From Lingula anatina (taxonomy: Eukaryota > Animalia > Brachiopoda), in the NCBI GenBank assembly GCA_051362555.1, contig CM120641.1, positions 24,868,401 through 24,932,400 on the forward strand: a stretch of 64,000 bases of DNA. The letters are read 5' to 3'. Every line of letters starts with the position of its first letter. The stretch's first letter is position 1. The translations under genes were made by a program, and so were the position numbers. A model generated the notes under the pieces. The model ran no database searches and had not been told where the DNA came from. It saw nothing but the letters and a program-made list of their open reading frames with translations. Below are positions 37,301 through 47,013 of this stretch, in pieces.

Positions 37301-39200
37301 TAAAAAAAGTTAAACTTTTGAATCTCAGCTCAACTTCTTACTTGTCATTCCACCTGCAACAGTATTCAGAGTTTTCTTCTCCACAACACGAAGTAAAGTC
37401 TGCAGGTTCAAATGACAAAGGACATGTGAACAGACCCATGTAGGAGCCATTACTGTTGGCTTCATAGTTCTTACATACACCGGCAGCTAGAAGGAGAAAA
37501 ATGGGGATAGAAAAATCACAATTTGGTATATTATCAACAAAATACAATAGATTTTTCTCATCCTCATCAACAAGTTTTACTGATATTGTATGTAATTAAA
37601 ACTAGAGTATCAGAGAGGGGTAACTTCCACCTGAATATACACTGTCAACTGTGCTACGTACAGCATTCCATTTGGCAAAATGACACAGTGGTATTTTCAT
37701 AGTAAGATGGTGTTTGTAGTATACTGGTCACTTGAGGTGATATGTGATTGAGGTGATATATATGAGTGCACAGATGAAACAGTTACTTGAATATGAATGC
37801 AAGCAAGTTAAACCCCAGAAGATGTTACCAGGCTTTTTTTTTAGTCAGATACGTAATTTTTTAGACCACTAAAACCTGTGAATTACACAGTCTGTTCATC
37901 TATAAATATGATAATAATTATTAAGTCACAGCATTTTATCACTTCTATGCATTTACCTAAAGAAGAATAGTAAGAAAAGTGCACTGACAGTCCTTGTACT
38001 GGACATTTCAGAGTCACAGTGTTTGATTAAAAAATCTTTTACAAAATCTGCAGTTAACCAACTCACTTGAGGAAGTTAAAGATGTTGACCTGGAGTATGC
38101 AGCACTGTGGTAGAAGTAAAGGTTGTGGTAGTAGTAGTACAGATAGGTGGGTGCCCAGTAGGTGTAAGCTCTGGTGTACCTCACAGCCACATAAGACCTA
38201 TAGGAATAGCTGCTGTAATAACTTCTGTAAGAAGAACTCCTGTAGGATGCTCTGTAAGAACTGAAATAGAATATCTTGATGTCATACAAAAGTGTGAAAT
38301 TAGTAAGTGGCATATGTGGTTCTTTACTTTATTAACTAATCTATGAGACAGAAATTTCAAACTGGAAAGGGAGGTTTCTGAGAAGCAGTTCCAGATATAA
38401 ACTTACTTAAATATCACATATTTTCATCTATGTTTACCCTTAAGTAGGGTTATATTGTGTGCTAAATGAGCACAGTTTTGTTTGTGACTCATTTGTAAAT
38501 CTATACTTTTTCACAAAACAAATCATTACAAAACTGCATATTGTTTAAAAAACGTGTGTGGAACTCCACATATGTCCCAATAAAACATAAAACACCAAAT
38601 TCAATACGATACACTGAGTATCAATTGTCATTTGTAAGAGGATTGCAGATGATTCCGAAAGTATGAGTAAAAAACAAACCTTCCACCACCTCTTCTAGCT
38701 TCTGTGTCTGAAATAACCAACATTTTCATTGGTTAACATGTTACAGAAAAGCAACAAGCAAGCCTGAGACAACGCATGACCTTAAATAGAACGCGGTGAC
38801 GGTCACACCTGGTACGACCTACTACTAGTAAGTACTTTTATTTTACTTCAAATTTGCACTTTAAGGTTCTATTTCTATTAATTGCAAAACTGAACTGGTA
38901 CATTCGGTCTCCTATTTTTGTCTTTTGTGACAGAACAAGACCTTGTGCAGCCTTTTGTTACAACCTAGGTTAGCCATATTTGCGAGATTGACAGTTTATA
39001 TTACATGAAAACTAGACTACTTAAACTCTCGTCGTGAAAAAGAACGCCTTAAAACCCGTGACTGGTTCAATTGCCAACATATTTCGGTACACTACACAAT
39101 GAAAAATAGTATGATGTATTACTGATAAAAAAATCTGCTTACCGAAGACACACACAAGCAAAATTGTCAACAAGATACCCGTTCTTAGACTTCCCATCAT
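34331..39200 (-). CDS. Shisa-like single-pass membrane protein (signal peptide, S/Y/R-rich segment, Cys domain, TM, PPxY tail)
   Basis: Eight in-phase exons: 39143-39200 (MMGSLRTGILLTILLVCVF), 38680-38707 (DTEARRGGG), 38067-38260 (S/Y/R-rich), 37342-37486 (C..FTCP..CCG..YCC, Shisa-type six-Cys pattern), 36320-36450 (TM), 35470-35661, 34696-34803 (PPPPGY), 34331-34368 (PPPPAYS-TGA). Confidence 0.82.
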
Positions 39201-39218
39201 GGCAGTTTGCTTACAGAA

Positions 39219-39226
39219 TGACGTCA
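39219..39226. promoter_or_regulatory. CRE palindrome just upstream of the Shisa-like ATG
   Basis: Perfect TGACGTCA 18 nt from the start codon. Confidence 0.45.
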
Positions 39227-40098
39227 CATCGCCAAGTGCTATGGGTGAAATAATAACACCGATACACTTACAGGATGAGCCTTGAGGAAACCAATGGGTG
39301 TAATGGGAGCACAGGAGGAATAGGGATGTGCAAGGTTTACAGTTATTGCAGATGTATTCATGTTCATTATCATTAGGATTCCCCATAGGAGAATACTATT
39401 GTTTTTGGTATTATTATTATTATAGTTATTCTTATTCTTTCCCCGTGTTTTTTTTTCGCAAGAAATCTGAAATAATTATCATAGGTAGCCTATGGTAAGA
39501 ATATGCCATAGACCCAGTTTCATTGACCTTGACCTACTTTCCAAGGTCACAGGGGTTTTTAAAGGCAAAATTTGTAAAATTTTAAATTGCCATTAGGCTG
39601 AAAGTATAAGCCATATGGCTAAGGGCCTTATGGCCAATAGTACTGAGCCAAATCCACAGATAATGACCTACTTTTATGCAAGTAGGTCAAGGTCGCTAAT
39701 GGCCAAACAGGTTCAAAAAAGGTTTGTTTCCGAGATTTCAAAAACCGGAAGGCCCAGAGCCCTGATCATAGTGGCAAATGATGCCCTATATATTTATCTA
39801 AGGTTAACCGTACTTTGGTAGTGACTGCCTAATTACTTTTTTTAATATAGATTTTTAAATATTTATGGCATTGCAGAAATCTTGAGTTTGGCAATTTCTC
39901 CATGGAACACTGGTTTTTGGTCATAGCATGCTTTAGTAAACTACCCCAAACATATACCCAAAACCCCCAAATCAAATGTCAAATTTGACCTTGACCCTCA
40001 TTTTCAAGGTCATTTGACTATTTCATGGAGAAATATTGAAGTGGGCTAAAAGTGATGTTTTGTTGACCCCCCCCCCCCCCCCCCCCCCCCCCAATAAC

Positions 40099-41606
40099 GG
40101 GTACCGGAGAAGATCAGCATTGGTCAGAATTGTGCCGGAAGTGACGTGCAGTGGTGTTAGAAGCGAAGCTGAGTGGTCATTTTAACATAGAGGTGAACGG
40201 CAGTGAAGACGGGTTGTCGGAGGAAAAAGAAGTTTTCTAAACAACATGGTAAGATATCTCTCCTTTTTTACGCATTTTGGGCAGAGAATACTTGTAGAAA
40301 TGATAGACGCATGATATGAAAACGTGACACGGAACTTGAAGGTGCAAAATCGTGCTTAATTTGCGGTCAACTTGTTTAGAAATAAATGCTGCGTCGACCG
40401 CCAGCGCGACGAAAAGCGTAAAGGGGAAATAATTCCCGGGAGTCTATAAATCGTTGTCATGTGAAAATTTGGCATTAATATAATCCGATATGTCCATATC
40501 TAAGTATTTTTGGGTGTTTTATGGTATGGGCTGCAATTACAACGATGTTTTAGAGGTCTTGAAGGACCTTGTGAAAACCAGGAAGTAGTTCGTAACTAAC
40601 AAGAAGGCGCTAATCAGTGACAAATGCCAAGACAAAGGTGACAAATATACAATAAAGTGCAATGCATTCACAGGACAAATAAAACATTTCACTGACAAGA
40701 TCTTCCCAAAAAGACGGAAAGAGAATTCAGGTGAGCTGTCAGGTAATTAAGACTAGCTCAAAGTACTAATAATTGACATTATTATGCAATACTCAGTTGG
40801 TAAAACGATTCTCACAGGTAGATAAGATGTAACATGACCAATTTCTATAGGCTAATGATTGCCAGCCTGAGGAAAGTGATTGCCAGTCTCTTTTGTCAGT
40901 GATTTTAAACTCAGATAAGAGGCTGTCAGAATGTCACCTTTGTCTTGGCATTCGTCACTGATTTATGCCTACCCCAGTGTAAAAGGTGTATCAGTGTGAT
41001 CATGTGTGTGGAATTTCATGCCAGATGGACATATAAAGATCTAAAAATTATTGAAAAAAAAGATACAGCTGTGCACAGCAGTCGGAGATCGGTACATTCC
41101 ACTTGTTAGTTACGAACTACTTCCTGGTTTTCACAAGGTCCTTCAAGACCTCTAAAACATCGTTGTAATTGCAGCCCATACCATAAAACACCCAAAAATA
41201 CTTAGATATGGACATATCGGATTATATTAATGCCAAATTTTCACATGACAACGATTTATAGACTCCCGGGAATTATTTCCCCTTTACGCTTTTTGTCGCG
41301 CTGGCGGTCGACGCAGCATTTATTTCTAAACAAGTTGACCGCAAATTAAGCACGATTTTGCACCTTCAAGTTCCGTGTCACGTTTTCATATCATGCGTCT
41401 ATTATTTCTACAAGTATTCTCTGCCCAAAATGCGTAAAAAAGGAGAGATATCTTACCATGTTGTTTAGAAAACTTCTTTTTCCTCCGACAACCCGTCTTC
41501 ACTGCCGTTCACCTCTATGTTAAAATGACCACTCAGCTTCGCTTCTAACACCACTGCACGTCACTTCCGGCACAATTCTGACCAATGCTGATCTTCTCCG
41601 GTACCC
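40099..41606. mobile_element. Fold-back element with 505-bp near-perfect inverted arms
   Basis: Arms 40099-40603 and 41102-41606 have equal length. Only two substitutions were spotted by eye. Termini are gggtaccgg...ccggtaccc. No clear TSD. Confidence 0.9.
40605..40970. mobile_element. Inner MITE with 39-bp TIRs inside the fold-back spacer
   Basis: aggcgctaatcagtgacaaatgccaagacaaaggtgaca versus tgtcacctttgtcttggcattcgtcactgatttatgcct (35/39 inverted match). Confidence 0.75.
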
Positions 41607-41755
41607 TTTATTCGCATATGCTCTTTGAGAATATGGGATCAAATTTAACCCATGATCTTCACATGATCTTGAAAGAGCATTTCTACACCTATTTTGCAGC
41701 TTTAGCCAGTTGCAGTCTAGTTTTTAATTGTTCTTGTTTAGGCTTTTTAAAATTC

Positions 41756-41827
41756 TCCTTTAGTAAGAAAGAATAAATACTAATACATTATTCCTTTAGT
41801 AAGAAAGAATAAATACTAATACATTAT
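41756..41827. repeat. Perfect 36-bp tandem duplication
   Basis: tcctttagtaagaaagaataaatactaatacattat x2. Confidence 0.9.
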
Positions 41828-42249
41828 TTCAGAAATGCTGTGACATTTCATAATGTTATTGTAAAATAAAGCACATATTCTAACTTACATGGAGAATCCT
41901 AATGTGTTTCTTATCTTTTGATGTCTTTCGATGAAGATAGTAATGCCACTGATAATATATTGAACTGATTTATTTACAACAGATGAGATATTTATATTTT
42001 GACAGGGTTTGTTTCAAATCACCATAAATTAATGTATAACCACAGTTAGGAAATACATTCTTGACGATAATAAAAGGTGTAATTTTGCTTAGTTATAATG
42101 GACACCTTTTGTGAAAGCAATATTTCAGTTCAGGGCATTTTTGCTATTCAATTCAATGTACGCAAAACTATTGATTCTCAGTTCAAGTGTAATTGTCTCC
42201 ATGGGAAATCCAAATACTGTTATCATCAATGTTAAAATATTTCTCCACT

Positions 42250-45200
42250 TCAGTTTGTTTTCTTAAAATGTTCCTTTTTGTTATCCAGTAATGTATATAT
42301 TAGATAAAGGCAACCAAAAATAGTGGAACAAAGGGTGACTGTAGCAACCATGACACTGTCACATTTTTGTCCTACTGGGACTTTGAACTCCAAATGGTCT
42401 GCAGCCTATAGTAATAAAAAGAGAAAAAGAAAACTTATCATACTGGTAGATTAACAATAAATTATATCACCAAACCAGGTGTCATAGATAAAAAACTTTA
42501 ATTGGAGAAGCTTACATGCATATTTGTTCAAGTGTATTAATATCCAAATTAAATAAATGGTACAAAGAAGTATTTACCATTACATGCCACCCATTTAATC
42601 ATTACAGTACAGTTTACAGGTATTATTTCACATATTTTAATATTTAATATACTAGAAAATCAATGCCATATGAAACAAAATGGAAGTACTTTTAAAACAT
42701 GAGTCTGCAAAAAAATAGACTTACACTTTTAAACTGAACTTCTCTCAGAAAATTGGATTTATTTTTAGGTGTTCCATTTCTTTGTTCTTTATTGTCTGGA
42801 TCAATATCACCTAGAATGAATTCCATCATTATGTTGTTAGCAATGGTATGAAAACTGCAAATTCAAAATATATTCTAATAACCAGTGAAAGATGATACTA
42901 TAGGTAAGAAGTGAATTTGATAAAGATATGCCGAAACATACACACACGCAAACAAAATTAAAAACCACACCAGTGAGGAAAAATATTTGGGAATTACTCA
43001 CTTTCACACTTTAACTGCATTCTTGGATATTTTATGCGAACCACAGCATGGTCAGTTTCTCTGGTCTCTGATGGCCTGTGATATCTCAGATGTACAGGAA
43101 GAATGACAGATGCACTGAAAACTCCTGGACTGACTTGTCTTATGTTGGTATGTACACGTATGACATGGTTTGGTGATTCATGAGCAGGCTTTTCTGTGTC
43201 AATTGGCTCTAAACTCTCTACCTTGAAAGAAAGAAAGTAATAAATAAATAAATCAATTAATTAATTTACACAAATCTAAACACTTATGGCTAAATGATGA
43301 GAACATTTCTTAAATATCAAACTATGAAGAAATGTTTAGCATGGCATTTTGTGGTATCAGTGATTTTTTCACATTGGCCTAAAAATAAAAACCACAGGGA
43401 AAATGGAAATCTTCACAATGTAAGGATGTTTCTGAAAAAAAAAATGAAAAGCAACTTTTTCCTGACAAAAAAGGCATGCTATGAAGAACCAAGAAGTTTA
43501 AATGGGCCTCTAACCTCAACCAAGCACAAATTTTTTTCAAAAAATTTTAAAAGAAAAAGCCTACTATGGCTTAAGAAAATCTGAAACATACTTAATCACA
43601 TTTTTGTCATTTTCCTATCAGTTTGTCAAAAAAAAACCCCATATGACTGACCCCAATGTCATTTTCTTAATTAACTTGAAAATCAAAACACTGATCTCCC
43701 TCCTTAGAGCTTTTTGGTTGAAAAACAAGGTATTACCTTTTGTAATGTGTTATTCCCTATGGAATGGATCTGATCCAAGTCAACATACAGACCCTGCGGC
43801 AAGACCTCAGTAAGGACAAGATGACATTCTGAAAAGTTTATTTCCACATCTTTCTTGTGTAGCCTTACTTCTGTGACAAGATCCCTGAAATGTAGAATCC
43901 ATCCTATTGATTTTCCATAGTTTATATTATTTTTAAAGGGATAGCAACTCTTCGTATGACATCTACATTTCACAATAAATACATTGTAATCAACTCATAG
44001 AAATATAATATATTCTATTATATTTACCACGAAAATGGCAGTTATAGTTATCATTCTGATATTTGTTCTTGTCATTGGACCATGTGACCTCCATCGATGG
44101 TATACTCAGTACTCTGTAATAATCTCTTAAGAACTCACTCATTTCCCTTGCCTCAGTTTTCGGCCTTACAAGCTCACGGTACCCTTACCGCTGGTAAGGC
44201 CTCATAGCAGTATGTACAAAAAACGTGAGACACTTAAGTACCTGAAAGTATCCACGCTCTGACAATCTCTGTGGGTCCTCCGTTGTAACTTGTAGTATGT
44301 AAATCCAATTAAAAGTGTTTTCGTGTACCTTCAGGCACGATGTTCATAAAGTTTTGCTCGTTTTATTTCAGCTTCCTCCTCCACCGACACAACAGCACGC
44401 CATATTGTGGTACACTTGCGGAAAGGACGACCACCTTTTCAAGGTTGACCTCGAAATGGAGTTGACCTGTTTCATGTTTCCAATGTAAACTTTTAGCGCC
44501 CTCGGGTGACGAGATGTGAAAAATGGTGTTTGATCCATGTAGGCGACCTAGCTCCAGTTATAATGTTTTACAAGCATTTGGCCATCCATTAGCGTTTCTG
44601 TCGAATTTGGCCTACATTTGCCTTAAAACCTACATGAATAAATATTTGAGAAATTTTATAATTATAGTATTTTAAAGCAATAAAGATATATTTAAAAAAC
44701 ACTTATTGTATTATTTTTTATTAGTAGAAGTATTATATTTTCACCCTTAATCAAAATACATACATGAATAACATTAAAAGGAAAAAACTTTTTACTTATT
44801 TTTTTTATCAATTCCTTTATTTTTATTTCATTTGAGGAGGAGGTTATAAGGTGCACAGAGGCCTTGAAGTCGTTTGTGTGATGCAAAAATGAAATAAATG
44901 ACTGGATACTTTTTGGTGTTCCCAGAGTGAATGACGCCGATTTTGTTTTGCGGTTCATTTTTCATTTCCAGTCTTGTATTTTTTACTTGAGCTGCAATTT
45001 ATTTATTTATTTTTATTTTATTATTATTATTATTATTTGTCCTCTCCCAGTAGTGTTCGGAACACCAGAGCTCGAGCATGTCATCCATAAAATAATAAAT
45101 AAACAAAATAAAATAAAAATAAAAAATAAGTAAAAAGTTTTTTTCCTTTAAATGTTATTCATGTATGTATTTTGATTAAGGGTGAAAATATAATACTACT

Positions 45201-46183
45201 ACTAATAAAAAATAATACAATAAGTGTTTTTTAAATATATCTTTATTGCTATAAAATACTATAATTATAAAATTTCTCAAATATTTATTCATGTAGGTTT
45301 TAAGGCAAATGTAGGCCAAATTCGACAGAAGCGCTAATGGATGGCCAAATGCTTGTAAAACATCATAACTGGAGCTAGGTCGCCTACATGGATCAAACAC
45401 CATTTTTCACAACTCGTCACCCGAGGGCGCTAAAAGTTTACATTGGAAACATGAAACAGGTCAACTCCATTTCGAGGTCGACCTTGAAAAGGTGGTCGCC
45501 CTTTCCGCGAGAATTCCACAATATGGCGTGCTGTTGTGTCGATGCAGGAGGAAGCTGAAATAAAAATAGCAAAATTTTATGAACGTCGTGCCTGAAGGTA
45601 CACGAAAACACTTTTAATTGGATTTACATACTACAAGTTACAACGGAGGACCCACAGAGATTGTCAGAGCGTGGATACTTTCAGGTACTTAAGTGTCTCA
45701 CGTTTTTTGTACATACTGCTATGAGGCCTTACCAGCGGTAAGGGTACCGTGAGCTTGTAAGGCCGAAAACTGAGGCAATCATTTCCCCCAAACCCTGCAA
45801 AACCTCTATTGAATTTAAGCCAAGTTGTGAGACTGAGGTAATTAGAATTTCTATCTGACAACCACACAGTACATTCAATGATCAATATATATGTATATGG
45901 ATCGTACCAGCACAAATCCCAAACAAATCAAAGAGTACATACGTATACACTCTAGAACAAAGAGGTAGTAGAAAATAACTTACAACTTTAACTCTATAAT
46001 ATGAACGTGCAGTACGTACCTATGAAAACCCGCTTTCCTTGAAAATCTAACAAAGTCAACGGCATCTACTGTTGGTGAAGTTGCCGTTTTTGATGAGATT
46101 ATGAGGAAGGCAGCTATGAGTGAAGCTTTAAACATCGCGCCAACTGATGCCAGTGATGCCACTGGTGGTCTTAGAATCATCAT
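42250..46183 (-). CDS. PIGX: Phosphatidylinositol-glycan biosynthesis class X protein (GPI mannosyltransferase I subunit)
   Basis: Exons 46020-46183 (hydrophobic leader..GFHR), 43737-43884 (LPQGLYVD), 43002-43221 (DTEKPA, LPVHLRYH), 42725-42810, 42250-42405 (VPVG, TM, C-terminal KKTN ER-retrieval motif). The start could be the downstream MFKASL Met. Confidence 0.87.
43991..44132. repeat. Dispersed repeat copy 2
   Basis: Direct-orientation match to 21178-21310. Confidence 0.8.
44148..45778. mobile_element. Long-TIR fold-back element, Mutator/MULE-like, non-autonomous, in PIGX intron 1
   Basis: TIRs ~44148-44806 and ~45118-45778 (ttgcctcagttttcggcc...ggccgaaaactgaggcaa). Exact 9-bp TSD tcatttccc at 44139-44147 and 45779-45787. 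Confidence 0.92.
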
Positions 46184-46726
46184 ACAGGTTTCACATTGAA
46201 ATGGTTTAATGAGACGGTCCCCAGAAGTTCCAACTAGAAAATAAAAGTCTTACCATAAAGATTAAATCAGAAGTCAGACTGATCTACGGCAAGCATGCAA
46301 ACTTACGTAGAAATAACTATAACACTCCATGATAATCGGTGGCAAATGATGATACAGGGGTAATCCTAGAGAGGGGTAAGAAACGTCCATTGTTCTCGTC
46401 AGTGAGGCTAACCAAATTCAGGGTATGTACGCACAGACAGAAAACCATGTATTGTGGGAACGTTACTAATGAAGCCACTGGTAGAACTAGTAGATATCAG
46501 TCTGTAGTCTTGAACAAGCACCTCCTTGACGAGTGAACAGTTGTCAAAAACAAAAGACCCAGGTGTGGTAGATCGACTACTGTTCGCGCGTGCCGCAAAG
46601 ACCAAGCCTAATTGCCCCTCAAGGTCACTAACTAATATCCGGTGCTGACGGTTAGGCTCGTCATAATCATATAAGTAGCGCGTTTCCACCCCCTGGATGA
46701 TATAAGGGCGCTGCCATTTTGGTAAG
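46184..46726. promoter_or_regulatory. CpG-rich divergent promoter region of PIGX/CHMP6
   Basis: CpG density is high relative to the flanks. E2F-like ttcgcgcg at ~46583 and YY1-like gccattttg at ~46712-46720, which runs into a + strand donor gtaagc. Confidence 0.6.
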
Positions 46727-47013
46727 CCTCGCAGTTATTGTGAAACTTGGTTCCTTTAGATTAAAATTAATATTTAGCTATATATTCATTACTGAGTTAG
46801 AAAATTAAAATGTTAATTAGGATATGTATCAAATGTTTTTTCTGACTCTAGTTATAGTATTATACAAAAATATGCACATACATTTACTGCGGACTCATAT
46901 AAGGGGTTGACAAGGAAGCGGCCTTTGCATGTTGCTGTACATGTTATTTGTAAACGAGTTTTAGAAAAAACATTTTATTCCTGTTTCAAGATCTAACAGT
47001 TAACGATTTGAAA

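Larger units (their letters stand above)
39373..41722 (+). mobile_element. Non-autonomous Helentron/HINE-like element (outer layer of a nested complex)
   Basis: 5' hairpin attccccataggagaat followed by (tat)n, internal ttgaccttgacc/ggtcaaggtc repeats, 3' stem atgctcttt...aaagagcat (41618-41680), a short hairpin and a ctagttt end in a T-run. Family assignment is by architecture only. Confidence 0.55.

Noticed and set aside
42811-42854. Longer version of PIGX exon 4 using the acceptor at 42855
   Set aside because: Out of phase with the previous exon and gives an immediate stop. The acceptor at 42811 keeps the frame.
45176-45915. ORFs within the MULE-like TIR as a possible transposase
   Set aside because: Short, no DDE or zinc-finger motifs, and one runs across the element boundary.
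46408-46689. 93-aa ORF in the PIGX/CHMP6 intergenic region
   Set aside because: Non-ATG start, no recognisable domain, and it lies in CpG-rich promoter DNA where stop codons are scarcer.
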